This document shows positions 1 to 10,721 of a stretch of 64,000 nucleotides of DNA, one piece after another. The translations under genes and the position numbers were made by a program. The DNA comes from a virus: the IMG/VR virus record IMGVR_UViG_3300020472_000019, positions 6,672-70,671 of that record; one strand, written 5' to 3'. The notes beneath the pieces are model-generated. The model did no database searches. It worked only from the letters and a program-made list of their open reading frames with translations, and had not been told where the DNA came from. The number at the start of each line of letters is the position of its first letter. Position 1 is the stretch's first letter.

Positions 1-852
1 GTTTTAGGTGAAGATGCTTTATCAAAATTTGATGATGCATATCTTATAGAAATGTATTTCCAGAATACCGAAGGGTTTGCTGGAGATAAAGAAATTATGA
101 GCCAGTTTGGTTTAGAAAATAGAGAAGATGCAACATTTATAGTTTCCCAAAGACGATTTGAAGATTTAGTTTCAGTTGATCAAAACCTAATATCAAAAAC
201 AAGACCAAATGAAGGAGATTTAATATGGTTTCCTTTAGTTGGTAAATTGTTTGAAATTGGGTTTGTAGACCATGATGAACCTTTCTATGAAATAGGTAAT
301 TTGCCTGTTTACAGATTAAGTGTTTCCACATTCCAGTATGCTAGTGAAGATTTGGATACTGGTATTTCAGAAATTGATGCTATTGAAACAAATCTGACTA
401 CAGATACATCTGCTGCTCAACTTACTTTGGAACAAACAGGAATATATAATGAAAGAGTGTCTATGGAAACAGCATTGCCTGATTTTGTTGGATTCTTAGA
501 AGAAAATAGTGGAACAAATGTTTCTGGTTATATAACTAATGAAGATGGAACTGGTGGATATTTTGAAAGTGAATCAATACCAACTGTAGGTTCTATTTTA
601 ATGAATGCTTCTTGGCCTAATACAGATGTAGGTTCATATATATTAGGTGAGAACCAAACAGGGGATGGAAGTATTATATTAGAAAATTCTGCTGATACAG
701 GAACACCAGAATATATTATACAAGAAACAATAATAGTCGGAGATATGGCCACAGATAAAACAGCTCAAAATGAATTATTTGATGAATTAGATGATACTAT
801 ATTAGATTTTAGTGAGAGTAATCCATTTGGTGACGCTGGAACGAAAGGATAA
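1..852 (+). CDS. gp14: Neck protein gp14 (5' truncated by the window edge)
   Basis: Frame is open from base 1 (VLGEDALSKFDDAYLIEMY). Contains RPNEGDLIWFP and LFEIGFV motifs, ends FSESNPFG, and lies directly upstream of gp15. Confidence 0.88.
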   Translation, partial: VLGEDALSKFDDAYLIEMYFQNTEGFAGDKEIMSQFGLENREDATFIVSQRRFEDLVSVDQNLISKTRPNEGDLIWFPLVGKLFEIGFVDHDEPFYEIGNLPVYRLSVSTFQYASEDLDTGISEIDAIETNLTTDTSAAQLTLEQTGIYNERVSMETALPDFVGFLEENSGTNVSGYITNEDGTGGYFESESIPTVGSILMNASWPNTDVGSYILGENQTGDGSIILENSADTGTPEYIIQETIIVGDMATDKTAQNELFDELDDTILDFSESNPFGDAGTKG

Positions 853-854
853 TT

Positions 855-1655
855 ATGTTAGGACAACAATTTTACCATGAAACAATACGAAAAGTGATTG
901 TTGCATTTGGAACAATGTTTAACAATATTAGTATTGTTAGAAAAGATAATTCTGGAGCTATTGTACAATCAATGAAAGTTCCTCTTGCTTATGGGCCCAG
1001 ACAAAAATTTTTAACAAGGTTAAGAGATGATCCAGACCTTGCAAAACAAGTGGCAGTTACTTTGCCTCGTATTGGTTTTGAAATACAAAATCTTACTTAT
1101 GACCCAAGTAGAAAATTAAATCGTGTTCAAAAATTTAAGAAGATAAAAGGAAGTGATTCTAAAAGAATAGATTCACAATATATGCCTGTACCTTATAATT
1201 TGGGAATTGAACTTTATGTATTATCAAAAAGTTCTGATGATGCATTACAAATTGTAGAACAGATTCTTCCTTATTTTCAGCCTGATTATAGTATAACTAT
1301 TCATGATATGCCTGATATGAGTATTAAAAGAGATGTTCCTATTATTCTAGAATCTATTAATTATACAGATGATTATCAAGGTGAGTTTGAAAGTCGTAGA
1401 GCAATTATTTACACTTTAGGGTTTACTGCAAAATTTTATCTATACGGGCCTGTTACATCACAAAAAATTATCAAAACTGCTCAAGTGGATCAATATACAG
1501 ATATGCCTGATAAAACTCCACCTAGAGAACAAAGATATACAGTTTCACCAGATCCTATGACTGCTGATGCTGATGACAATTTTGGATTTAATGAATCTAC
1601 GTCTTTCTTTGAGGATGCAAAGAACTTTGATCCAGAAACAGGTACAGATAAGTAG
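855..1655 (+). CDS. gp15: Tail sheath stabilizer / tail terminator gp15
   Basis: FYHETIRK..FGTMFN, VPLAYGP and QIVEQILPYFQP motifs; T4-like synteny. Confidence 0.93.
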   Translation: MLGQQFYHETIRKVIVAFGTMFNNISIVRKDNSGAIVQSMKVPLAYGPRQKFLTRLRDDPDLAKQVAVTLPRIGFEIQNLTYDPSRKLNRVQKFKKIKGSDSKRIDSQYMPVPYNLGIELYVLSKSSDDALQIVEQILPYFQPDYSITIHDMPDMSIKRDVPIILESINYTDDYQGEFESRRAIIYTLGFTAKFYLYGPVTSQKIIKTAQVDQYTDMPDKTPPREQRYTVSPDPMTADADDNFGFNESTSFFEDAKNFDPETGTDK

Positions 1656-1668
1656 GTGAAATAGAGAA

Positions 1669-2289
1669 GTGTTTCACAGTTTCACAGAATTAGAAGAAGT
1701 AAAAATGAAATGTTATGAAGCTACTTTATTTTGGCCATTGCATATTCACAAAACTTATAATAGTAAATTTAGAAGATGTATTGACATAGGAGGTTACAAA
1801 GGTAAGTACAGTTCATTATATGCGAGCCTATTTAAACGTGTTGAAACATTTGAACCTAACCAAAAAATTTGGCCAGAGTTTTATAGCAATACAAAATATT
1901 ATACAAACATAACTCTCTATAAATTGGGAGTATCTAACTATATAGGATCTTCCGATTTTTTTTGTAATGATGTTAATAGCGGAATGTGTACTACAGTACC
2001 AAAATATGCAACACTATCAGATAATTTTAAATCACCAATTAAAATTAATGTAACAACCATAGATAGTATGAACTTCACTGATGTAGACTTTATTAAGATA
2101 GATGCTGAAGGTGCTGATAAAAAAATAATTCTGGGTGCAATGGAAACTATCAATACCTACCACCCAACAATACAAATAGAGTATAGAGATACAAAACTTA
2201 CAAATCAACTTGAAAAGAATGGATACAAATTAATGAATACAAAAAAATTACAAAACCTTACTGATGAGGTATGGGTGTATAGTCAATGA
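1669..2289 (+). CDS. FkbM-family SAM-dependent methyltransferase
   Basis: IDIGGYKG, FEPN and FIKIDAEGAD motifs typical of the FkbM family. Start is uncertain (GTG 1669 or a downstream ATG). Confidence 0.85.
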   Translation: MFHSFTELEEVKMKCYEATLFWPLHIHKTYNSKFRRCIDIGGYKGKYSSLYASLFKRVETFEPNQKIWPEFYSNTKYYTNITLYKLGVSNYIGSSDFFCNDVNSGMCTTVPKYATLSDNFKSPIKINVTTIDSMNFTDVDFIKIDAEGADKKIILGAMETINTYHPTIQIEYRDTKLTNQLEKNGYKLMNTKKLQNLTDEVWVYSQ

Positions 2290-2702
2290 AAAAAGTAAGT
2301 GAGATTCTTGAAATAGATGATGAATATACTCCAACAATAAAAGGCCCAGATAATTATATACGTCATAATGCAAGTAGAGATATAAAACCTTTTATTAAAC
2401 ACGAAGAAGATATTGATAATGACTATGAATACCAAAGACAAAACTTTTATAACCTTGTTGAACGAGGAAACGATGCCATTGAAGGAATCTTGGAGTTGGC
2501 AAAGGAGTCTGAGCACCCAAGAACTTACGAAGTTGCAGGCAACCTCATCAAACAAGTCTCAGAAGTTACCGAAAAACTTGGAGATTTACAGGAGAAAATG
2601 AGGAAACTTAAAGAAGTTCCAGATAATGCTCCTAAAAATGTCACTAATGCATTATTTGTAGGGAGTACAGCAGAACTTCAAAAAATGCTCAAGGACAAAT
2701 AA
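2286..2702 (+). CDS. gp16: Terminase small subunit gp16
   Basis: DYEYQR, HPRTYEV and NALFVGSTAELQKML motifs; immediately precedes gp17. Confidence 0.92.
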   Translation: MKKVSEILEIDDEYTPTIKGPDNYIRHNASRDIKPFIKHEEDIDNDYEYQRQNFYNLVERGNDAIEGILELAKESEHPRTYEVAGNLIKQVSEVTEKLGDLQEKMRKLKEVPDNAPKNVTNALFVGSTAELQKMLKDK

Positions 2703-4345
2703 TGTCAGAATCCGTATATCTTGGTAATCCCAATCTCAAAAAAGCTAATGTTGCTCAAGAGTGGACAAAGGAAGAAATAAAAGAATATGCTCTTTGTATG
2801 AAAGACCCTATTCATTTTATTCAAAATTATATTAAAATTGTTTCTCTTGATGAAGGACTTGTTCCTTTTGAATTATATGATTTTCAAAAGGAGATGGTAG
2901 GAACATTCCATAAAAATCGTTTTACTATATGTAAACTTCCTAGACAGTCTGGCAAGTCAACTACTATTATAGCCTATCTTCTTCATTATGTATTGTTTAA
3001 TCCTACAGTAAATGTGGCAATACTTGCTAACAAAGCTGCTACTGCAAGAGATTTGTTAGGACGTTTACAACTTGCATATGAACATTTACCAAAGTGGTTA
3101 CAACAAGGAGTTATGTCTTGGAACAAAGGTTCTTTGGAGTTAGAGAATGGTTCAAAAATTCTTGCAAGTTCTACTAGTGCTAGTGCTGTTCGTGGTGGTA
3201 GTTATAACATTATATTTCTTGATGAATTTGCATACGTGCCATCAAATGTGGCAGAACAATTCTTCAGTTCAGTGTATCCTACTATTTCCTCTGGAAAAAC
3301 AACTAAAGTTATGATCGTATCTACCCCACATGGTATGAATATGTTCTATAAGTTGTGGGTAGATGCAGAAGAACAAAGAAACTCTTATATACCTATTGAG
3401 GTTCATTGGAGTGAAGTTCCAGGCAGAGATGAGAAGTGGAAAGCTGAAACTATAAAAAATACAAGTGAATCACAATTTAATACAGAATTTGAATGTGAGT
3501 TTCTTGGTTCTATTGATACTCTTATTACCCCAGCAAAACTTAAAACTCTTACATATCGTCAACCTATTCAAACAAATGCTGGGTTAGATATACATGAAAG
3601 ACCAAAAGAAGAACATACTTATTTTATCACTTGTGATGTTTCAAGAGGAACGTCAAATGATTATTCAGCATTTGTGATAGTAGATGTTACTGAAATCCCA
3701 TATAGGATTGTTGCAAAATATAGAGATAATGAAATTAAACCACTAGTTTTCCCTCAAAAAATATATGATTTGGCAAGAGCATATAATCAGGCTTTTGTTC
3801 TTATAGAAGTTAATGATATAGGTGAAGGTGTTGCAAATGCAATGCAATTTGATTTAGAATATGATAATTTGGTTATGGCATCTATGAGAGGTAGAGCTGG
3901 ACAAGTTATGGGTGGTGGTTTTTCTGGTGGCAAAGCACAGCTGGGAGTACGAACAACAAAAGCAGTTAAAGCTGTTGGATGTTCAAATTTAAAACAATTA
4001 GTAGAAGATAATAAGATTATAGTTGAAGATTATGATGTTATTAATGAATTATCAACCTTTATCGTAAAAGGTAGTTCTTTTGAAGCAGATGAGGGGTGTA
4101 ATGATGATTTGGTATCTTGTTTATTTTTATTTGCATGGTCTACAGACCAGACATATTTTAAAGAATTAACTAATAATGATATTAGAATGAGAATGATAAA
4201 AGAGAATGCTGACGCATTAGAACAGGATATGGCTCCGTTTGGTTTTATTGTTGATGGTTTAGAAGATGAAAATATTGGTCAGATGGTAGATGAATATGGA
4301 ACTAAATGGAATCCTGTAGTTCGTGATTATAGTAATGATTGGTGA
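2702..4345 (+). CDS. gp17: Terminase large subunit gp17
   Basis: YLGNPNLK, Walker A PRQSGKST, Walker B IIFLDEFA, and nuclease motifs DVSRG..DYS and NDDLV. Confidence 0.97.
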   Translation: MSESVYLGNPNLKKANVAQEWTKEEIKEYALCMKDPIHFIQNYIKIVSLDEGLVPFELYDFQKEMVGTFHKNRFTICKLPRQSGKSTTIIAYLLHYVLFNPTVNVAILANKAATARDLLGRLQLAYEHLPKWLQQGVMSWNKGSLELENGSKILASSTSASAVRGGSYNIIFLDEFAYVPSNVAEQFFSSVYPTISSGKTTKVMIVSTPHGMNMFYKLWVDAEEQRNSYIPIEVHWSEVPGRDEKWKAETIKNTSESQFNTEFECEFLGSIDTLITPAKLKTLTYRQPIQTNAGLDIHERPKEEHTYFITCDVSRGTSNDYSAFVIVDVTEIPYRIVAKYRDNEIKPLVFPQKIYDLARAYNQAFVLIEVNDIGEGVANAMQFDLEYDNLVMASMRGRAGQVMGGGFSGGKAQLGVRTTKAVKAVGCSNLKQLVEDNKIIVEDYDVINELSTFIVKGSSFEADEGCNDDLVSCLFLFAWSTDQTYFKELTNNDIRMRMIKENADALEQDMAPFGFIVDGLEDENIGQMVDEYGTKWNPVVRDYSNDW

Positions 4346-4645
4346 TTATAATAGTTCTATCAAATCATTATCTAATTTAATTTTACAGTTATAACATAGT
4401 ATTTTAGAGTTGTCAATGTATTTTTGTACACGTTCTCTACTTTTTTCATTTATACCAACTCTCCTAGACATACCTCTTATTACTAGATCATGAGGATAAA
4501 AGGCTAAACACATAGTTTCACTTTCACCACAATGTTTACATGACTTATCTGCTAGATATTCATTTAACCAGATTTGTCTTTTCTGGTAATTCCTTTTTGT
4601 AGTACGTTTGATGGTTTCTTGATACTTATTGTAGTGTTTGTTCAT
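4346..4645 (-). CDS. Small Zn-binding, degenerate HNH-like protein
   Basis: CKHC...LCYNC cysteine pairs; occupies the gp17-gp18 gap on the opposite strand. The catalytic His pattern is incomplete. Confidence 0.55.
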   Translation of the reverse strand: MNKHYNKYQETIKRTTKRNYQKRQIWLNEYLADKSCKHCGESETMCLAFYPHDLVIRGMSRRVGINEKSRERVQKYIDNSKILCYNCKIKLDNDLIELL

Positions 4646-4700
4646 ATTTTTATTTATATGCTTTGGCACATATAAAAAAGTGTTTTAGGAATTGGTTTTT

Positions 4701-4708
4701 TATAAATA
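4701..4708 (+). promoter_or_regulatory. T4-type late promoter TATAAATA (gp18)
   Basis: Exact T4 late consensus upstream of the gp18 RBS; gp55 is encoded in the window. Confidence 0.8.
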
Positions 4709-4745
4709 TTCGTATTAACTACTATAAAAGAAAGGGAGTAAAAAT

Positions 4746-6788
4746 ATGGGATTCTTAGTTTCTCCTGGCGTTCATGTAAAAGAGATTGATCTTACGAATG
4801 TCGTACCCTCTGTTGCAACTTCTATCGGTGCTATTGCTGGTGGGTTTGCAAAAGGGCCTTACGGTGAAATCGTAACGATTAGCTCAGAAGAAGAACTCGT
4901 AAAAATGTTTGGAAAGCCTGATACCACGAATCAGGGTGTTCAAATAGAAACTTGGTTTGCAGCTGCCAATTTTCTCAAATATTCAGATACATTAAGAGTA
5001 GTACGTGCTGGTGGTTCATCCGTACTTAAAAATGCTTGTATCAGTGGTTCTGCTGTTATTATTCGTAATGATGACCATTATCAAGAATCATTTGCAACTG
5101 GACAAGCTTCAGTTGGTGAATGGGCTGCAAGACAACCAGGCACTCACGGAAATTCTATTGGTGTTTCTTATTGTGCAACAGCAGCTGCTTTTGAAGAAAA
5201 GTTGGGTGTTGGTAAACTTGTAAATGATGCTGATGCTCAGGCTGGTGAAACAACTATAACGGTTGATGCTGGTACTGATTTTGTTGCTGGTGATATAATT
5301 TCATTCTATACGGATGGAACATATAATACAGGTTCAGTTGGTCATGAAGGTGTTGAATATGAAGTTGTAAGTATTGCAACACACGTTTTAACCATACGTA
5401 AGAAAGATGATGCAAACGGAACAGGTCTTGTTGCAGATTTAGGCAATGACCAATATATCAAAAGACGTTGGCAGTTTTATGACCTATTTGATAGTGCTCC
5501 AGGCACTTCAGCATGGGCCACACAAAACGGCCGAGGTGCTGGTGATGAAATGCACGTTGTTGTGTTTGATATTACTGGTGATATTACTGGATATGACCAT
5601 AAAGTTGCTGGAAACAGAACATCTTCTGTTGTAGAAACATATCCAGCGATTTCTAAATGTCCTGTAGCAAAAACTGCTCAAGGTGGTACAAATTATGCTC
5701 CAGATGTAATTTTCTTGAAATCCGAATATGTTTACTGGATGGATTGGAACGCAGCTGGTGGTGCTGGTAATTGGGGTACTGATACTTCAAGTGCTTATAC
5801 TGCTGCTGGTACTGGTATTGTGAAACCAACTGGAGGTGGCCCTACTGGTACAGAAGGTCATTTGGCTGTTGCTGGTGTAGATGATACAGCAATTTCGGCT
5901 GGTGATTTACAGGTTGCTTATGATTTATTTGCTGATACAGAATCAGTAGAGGTAAATTTAATTATAGGTGGACAGTGTGGAACTGACCAAGCTTCACATG
6001 ATACTCATGTTACAATGATTACAGACCTTTGCGAATTACGTAAAGATTGTGTAGGATTTGTATCTCCATATCGTAATGCAACAGTAGATGTAACAAGTTC
6101 AATTACTCAAACAGATAATGTAATTACAGCATTTCAAGCTTGTCCTTCATCGTCATATATGGTTTTTGACAGTGGACACAAGTATATGTTTGATAAGTAT
6201 AATGATGTTTATAGGTATGTACCACTTAACGGTGATACTGCTGGACTTTGTGCAAATACTGATGCTGTAGCTGACCCTTGGTATTCTCCTGCTGGATATA
6301 CTAGAGGAAACGTAAGAGGTGCAATTAAACTTTCTTACAATCCTAAAAATTCTGAAAGGGATCAACTATATCGCCACCGAATCAACCCTGTAACAAACTT
6401 CCCAGGCCAAGGTGTGGTTCTCTTTGGAGATAAAACTGCTCTGGCTAAACCAAGTGCATTTGACCGTATTAACGTAAGACGGTTATTCTTGGTTCTGGAA
6501 AAGGCAATTGCTACTGCTGCTAAATATCAACTCTTTGAATTTAACGATGAATTTACAAGAGCACAATTTAGAGCAATGGTAGAACCTTTCTTGAGGGATG
6601 TTCAAGGTCGCCGAGGTATTTTTGATTTTAAAGTTGTCTGCGATGGTACTAACAATACTGGTGAAGTAATTGACCGAAATGAGTTTATTGGAGATATTTA
6701 CATTAAACCTGCTAGGTCTATTAACTTCATTACACTAAACTTTATTGCTGTGCGAACAGGAGTAAGCTTTAGTGAGGTAGGAGGTTAA
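4746..6788 (+). CDS. gp18: Tail sheath protein gp18
   Basis: MGFLVSPGVHVKEIDLT N-terminus; PWYSPAG, FDRINVRRLF and IKPARSINFI motifs. Confidence 0.97.
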   Translation: MGFLVSPGVHVKEIDLTNVVPSVATSIGAIAGGFAKGPYGEIVTISSEEELVKMFGKPDTTNQGVQIETWFAAANFLKYSDTLRVVRAGGSSVLKNACISGSAVIIRNDDHYQESFATGQASVGEWAARQPGTHGNSIGVSYCATAAAFEEKLGVGKLVNDADAQAGETTITVDAGTDFVAGDIISFYTDGTYNTGSVGHEGVEYEVVSIATHVLTIRKKDDANGTGLVADLGNDQYIKRRWQFYDLFDSAPGTSAWATQNGRGAGDEMHVVVFDITGDITGYDHKVAGNRTSSVVETYPAISKCPVAKTAQGGTNYAPDVIFLKSEYVYWMDWNAAGGAGNWGTDTSSAYTAAGTGIVKPTGGGPTGTEGHLAVAGVDDTAISAGDLQVAYDLFADTESVEVNLIIGGQCGTDQASHDTHVTMITDLCELRKDCVGFVSPYRNATVDVTSSITQTDNVITAFQACPSSSYMVFDSGHKYMFDKYNDVYRYVPLNGDTAGLCANTDAVADPWYSPAGYTRGNVRGAIKLSYNPKNSERDQLYRHRINPVTNFPGQGVVLFGDKTALAKPSAFDRINVRRLFLVLEKAIATAAKYQLFEFNDEFTRAQFRAMVEPFLRDVQGRRGIFDFKVVCDGTNNTGEVIDRNEFIGDIYIKPARSINFITLNFIAVRTGVSFSEVGG

Positions 6789-6790
6789 TC

Positions 6791-7321
6791 ATGGCTAATA
6801 TAGACGATTTCAAAGCAAATTTAATTGGTGGTGGTGCTCGTGCTAACCAGTTTAGGGTAACAATCACTGCTCCTCCTGGCATTGCGATTGGTTTGGATGT
6901 TCGTAGAACTTCTTATCTAGTTACAACTTCATCTTTACCAGCAAGAACTTTAACAGAAATTCCTGTACCTTTTAGGGGCAGAAATATCTATATTGCTGGA
7001 GATAGTGGATTTGAAACTTGGACTACAACTTTTTATAATGATACAGACTTTATGATCCGTAATGCTATGGAAAGATGGCAAAATGGTATCAATGACCTAG
7101 CAAATAATACTGGAGTTATTGACCCTGCTGATTATCAGACAGATTTGTTTGTAGAACAATTAGATAGGGATGATACTATATTAAAGTCTTATGTCTTTAA
7201 AAATTCATGGCCTACTACTGTGGCAGCTGTTGCATTAAGTAGTGCTGATGCTACATCTTTAGAGACATTTGATGTTACTTGGAGATTCCAACATTTTGAA
7301 GCTTCTGGCGTATCTTCTTAA
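6791..7321 (+). CDS. gp19: Tail tube protein gp19
   Basis: GGGARANQF, VPFRGR, WTTTFYND and VEQLDR motifs; follows gp18. Confidence 0.95.
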   Translation: MANIDDFKANLIGGGARANQFRVTITAPPGIAIGLDVRRTSYLVTTSSLPARTLTEIPVPFRGRNIYIAGDSGFETWTTTFYNDTDFMIRNAMERWQNGINDLANNTGVIDPADYQTDLFVEQLDRDDTILKSYVFKNSWPTTVAAVALSSADATSLETFDVTWRFQHFEASGVSS

Positions 7322-7357
7322 TACAAACCTACTAAATAATATTAAGTAGGAGATATT

Positions 7358-9043
7358 ATGGCAGAACTTTTTGGGTTTCGTATAACACGAAAGAAGGATG
7401 AGAAGGGTGAGTCATTCACCCTTCCCACTCCAGATGACGGCACAGTAGATATTGCTGGTGGTGGATTTTTTGGCTCTGTTCTTGATACAGATGGCCGAGA
7501 ACGAAGTGAAATTGATTTAATAAAGAGATATAGGAATATATCTCAACAACCAGAATGTGATTCTGCAATTGAAGATATAGTAAATGAATCAATTGTAGCA
7601 AATGAATCAGATCAAGCAGTTATGGTAGTTTTAGATAGACTACCTTATCCAGAAAAAATTAAAAGAAAAATAAGAAATGAATTTTTTGAAGTTCTAAGAC
7701 TTTTAGAATTTGATATAAAAGGTCATGATATTTTTCGTAGATGGTATGTAGATGGTAGAATTTTCTATCATAAAGTTATTGATCCAAAAAATCCAAGAAA
7801 AGGAATTACAGAACTTAGATGGATTGATGCTTTAAAAATTAAAAAAGTAAGAGAAGTACAGAAAAAGAAAAAAAATAATACTGGCATAGATATTATTGAA
7901 GGTATATCAGAATACTATATTTACAATGAAAAGGGTATTCAACATACACATGGCAGTGCCCAAGTCTCACAAGGAATTAAAATAGCTAACGATGCTATAA
8001 CTTATGTTCCTTCTGGTGTAATGGATTCAAACTCTGGTAAAGTTATGTCTTATCTTCATAAGGCAATTAAATCAGTAAACCAACTAAGAATGATTGAGGA
8101 TGCTGTAGTTATTTACAGAATTTCACGAGCACCAGAACGTAGAATTTTTTATATTGATGTTGGTAATTTACCTAAAGTAAAAGCAGAACAATATCTTAAA
8201 GATGTTATGAATCGTTATCGTAACAAACTGGTCTATGATGCAAGTACTGGTGAAATCCGTGACGATAGAAATCATATGAGTATGTTGGAAGATTTTTGGT
8301 TACCACGAAGAGAAGGTGGTAGAGGAACAGAGATTGATACTCTTGCTGGTGGTTCTAATCTAGGAGAAATTGACGATATTCAATATTTCCAAAAGAAATT
8401 ATATAAGTCTTTAAATGTACCAATTTCTCGTTTAGAACCAGAACAATCTTTTAGTCTTGGTAGGTCTGATGAAATTACCAGAGATGAATTAAAATTTACG
8501 AAATTTGTTCAAAGAGTCCGTAAAAAATTTACTCCCCTTTTTACAGATGTACTTAAAACTCAATTACTGTTAAAGGGAATTATAACTCTTGATGATTGGG
8601 AACAAATGAGAGAACATATACAGTATGATTTTTTACAAGATGGACACTTTACAGAACTAAAAGAACAACAACTTTTAAATGATAGAATAGAGTCTTTAGT
8701 TAATATTCAAGACTATATTGGTACATTCTTTAGTAAAGAATATGTATTAAAGAAAGTTTTACGTCTTAACGATGGTGAAATTGCTGAAATGCGTGACCAA
8801 ATTAAAAGTGAAATCACTAAAGATCCAATGGATGGTGGTATTGATACAGATGGTGGTGATGGTATTCAAAGAATCCCAACAGATCCAAGTGGTATGCCAA
8901 CCGATCCAGATATGAATCCGAAAGATAGAACAGCTCTTGCATATGGTATGGAGCCAAATCAAATACCAGATTCAGATGGTGGAAAAGAACCTACAGAAGA
9001 TGAATTTGATAAAAGTTTAACAGTGAAAGGAAATAAAAAATGA
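7358..9043 (+). CDS. gp20: Portal vertex protein gp20
   Basis: IYRISRAPERRIFYIDVGNLP and EDFWLPRREGGRGTEI motifs. Confidence 0.97.
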   Translation: MAELFGFRITRKKDEKGESFTLPTPDDGTVDIAGGGFFGSVLDTDGRERSEIDLIKRYRNISQQPECDSAIEDIVNESIVANESDQAVMVVLDRLPYPEKIKRKIRNEFFEVLRLLEFDIKGHDIFRRWYVDGRIFYHKVIDPKNPRKGITELRWIDALKIKKVREVQKKKKNNTGIDIIEGISEYYIYNEKGIQHTHGSAQVSQGIKIANDAITYVPSGVMDSNSGKVMSYLHKAIKSVNQLRMIEDAVVIYRISRAPERRIFYIDVGNLPKVKAEQYLKDVMNRYRNKLVYDASTGEIRDDRNHMSMLEDFWLPRREGGRGTEIDTLAGGSNLGEIDDIQYFQKKLYKSLNVPISRLEPEQSFSLGRSDEITRDELKFTKFVQRVRKKFTPLFTDVLKTQLLLKGIITLDDWEQMREHIQYDFLQDGHFTELKEQQLLNDRIESLVNIQDYIGTFFSKEYVLKKVLRLNDGEIAEMRDQIKSEITKDPMDGGIDTDGGDGIQRIPTDPSGMPTDPDMNPKDRTALAYGMEPNQIPDSDGGKEPTEDEFDKSLTVKGNKK

Positions 9044-9216
9044 GTAGAGAATTTGTTGATGCAATAGCAGACGGAAATAATATTGAAGCTGAAAAAGCAT
9101 TTAAACAAGGAATTGTCTCAAAAGTTGGAGACACATTAGAACTAAAAAGGAGAGAGGTTGCAAAAGACATAGCTTCGTCTTTACCAACCACAGAAGAGGA
9201 AAATGACCAAGTTTGA
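9040..9216 (+). CDS. Small prohead core protein (gp67-like), not in the ORF track
   Basis: 58-aa ORF MSREFVDAIADGNNIEAEKAF...EENDQV overlapping the gp20 stop; sits at the position of T4 prohead core genes. Confidence 0.7.
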   Translation: MSREFVDAIADGNNIEAEKAFKQGIVSKVGDTLELKRREVAKDIASSLPTTEEENDQV

Positions 9217-9448
9217 AGATTTGTATGAATCTATACAAGAAAAAGATGAGCATAAAAAATCTCGGCAGTATAAAAAATTAACTCCGAAGATGAAGGATGC
9301 TGTTGACCAAATTTTTGCAAAAATGGATGCTAAACCTTCTGATTTCCTAAATAGTTTTGAGAAAAGTATAAAAGAAGTATCAAAAAAATTTAAAGTTTCA
9401 GAAAAGGAACTTATGGATTATTTTGAAAAAGAAATGTTATCAATCTAG
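9203..9448 (+). CDS. Putative prohead core protein (gp68-like position)
   Basis: Charged helical 81-aa ORF between the portal and protease genes; N-terminus MTKFEDLYE. Confidence 0.55.
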   Translation: MTKFEDLYESIQEKDEHKKSRQYKKLTPKMKDAVDQIFAKMDAKPSDFLNSFEKSIKEVSKKFKVSEKELMDYFEKEMLSI

Positions 9449-9458
9449 GAGTTAAACA

Positions 9459-10025
9459 ATGGCATTTAAATTAATAAGACACGTTGGGCTGATAAATGCA
9501 ACAACTTTGGGTGATGATGCAGCTCATTCTATTGATTGTGGAAAATTAAGTGCTGGGGCTGCATATAGAGTAACCTCATTAAATGCAAATGATGTTTGCA
9601 TCAAAGTTTCAATGGAAGGAACAGCTGTAACTGCCACTAATGGTATTACTATGAATGGTGGAAGTTCGTTGATGATAGTACCAGACGAAAAACCTACAGC
9701 CGTATCTGCTATATCAGCAACTAACGCAAATCCAGCAGTTTTTACTGTAAATAATGGACATGGTTTTGTTGTTGGTGACCAAGTAGGTATGACAGATTGT
9801 GCTACAGCAGGATGGAATACACTAATCACAAACGGAAATATTACAGCAGTTACAAACTATGAACATGGAAGAGATACAATAAGTGTAGATAAAAATTCAA
9901 CATCTACTGGAGCATTCCCTGGCGGAACTTTGCATAAGAACTTTTCTATCTCTGCTATCAATCATACAGCAGGATCGGATGGATGGATTGTTGTAGAAGA
10001 GGTTGTACAGGTAGGAGCATTATAA
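9459..10025 (+). CDS. Hypothetical virion protein (beta-rich)
   Basis: AGGAG RBS; Gly/Ala/Thr-rich; ANPAVFT..HGFVVGD segment; lies in the head operon. Confidence 0.6.
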   Translation: MAFKLIRHVGLINATTLGDDAAHSIDCGKLSAGAAYRVTSLNANDVCIKVSMEGTAVTATNGITMNGGSSLMIVPDEKPTAVSAISATNANPAVFTVNNGHGFVVGDQVGMTDCATAGWNTLITNGNITAVTNYEHGRDTISVDKNSTSTGAFPGGTLHKNFSISAINHTAGSDGWIVVEEVVQVGAL

Positions 10026-10681
10026 TGAATAAATTAAAATTATTCTCTGAAGCAGTAGAAGAAGTAGAATATATCACAGAAAACAAAGAAGGTGGTGGAA
10101 AAAACTATAAAATTCGTGGTGTATTCATGCAAGCTGATATTAAGAACCGAAATGGTAGAGTATATCCTATGGAAGTTCTTGAGAAAGAGGTCGGTAAGTA
10201 TAATAAAAACTTTATTCAACAAAAGAGAGCTTTTGGTGAATTAGGTCATCCAGACGGCCCTACGGTCAATCTGGAAAGGGTTTCTCATATGATTACGTCT
10301 TTGACGCCTGATGGTAAGAATTTTATGGGGGAAGCAAAAATTATGGACACACCTATGGGTAAGATAGTTAAAAATTTAATGGATGAGGGTGCAAAATTAG
10401 GAGTGTCATCTAGAGGTATGGGTAGTTTGAATCAAAAAGGTGGAACAAATTACGTAAGAGATGATTTTTATCTTGCTACGGCTGCTGATATTGTTGCAGA
10501 CCCTTCCGCTCCAAATGCTTTTGTAGAAGGTATTATGGAAGGAAAGGAATGGGTTTGGGATAATGGTATCATTAAAGAGGCAGAAATAGCGGAGATGAAA
10601 CAACGAATTGACGATAAATCTCGTCAAAAACAGGCAAATATCGCAGCTTTAGAGTTTGCCAATTTCCTCAAAAAGCTATAA
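10025..10681 (+). CDS. gp21: Prohead core protease gp21
   Basis: NRNGRVYP, GELGHP, GVSSRGMGS and DIVADPSAPNAFV motifs. Start placed at ATG 10025 after AGGAG. Confidence 0.96.
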   Translation: MNKLKLFSEAVEEVEYITENKEGGGKNYKIRGVFMQADIKNRNGRVYPMEVLEKEVGKYNKNFIQQKRAFGELGHPDGPTVNLERVSHMITSLTPDGKNFMGEAKIMDTPMGKIVKNLMDEGAKLGVSSRGMGSLNQKGGTNYVRDDFYLATAADIVADPSAPNAFVEGIMEGKEWVWDNGIIKEAEIAEMKQRIDDKSRQKQANIAALEFANFLKKL

Positions 10682-10682
10682 T

Positions 10683-10690
10683 TATAAATA
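10683..10690 (+). promoter_or_regulatory. Late promoter TATAAATA (gp22)
   Basis: Exact consensus in the intergenic gap. Confidence 0.8.
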
Positions 10691-10721
10691 AATAATACAA
10701 TAAAAATAAGGAGAAATCCAT

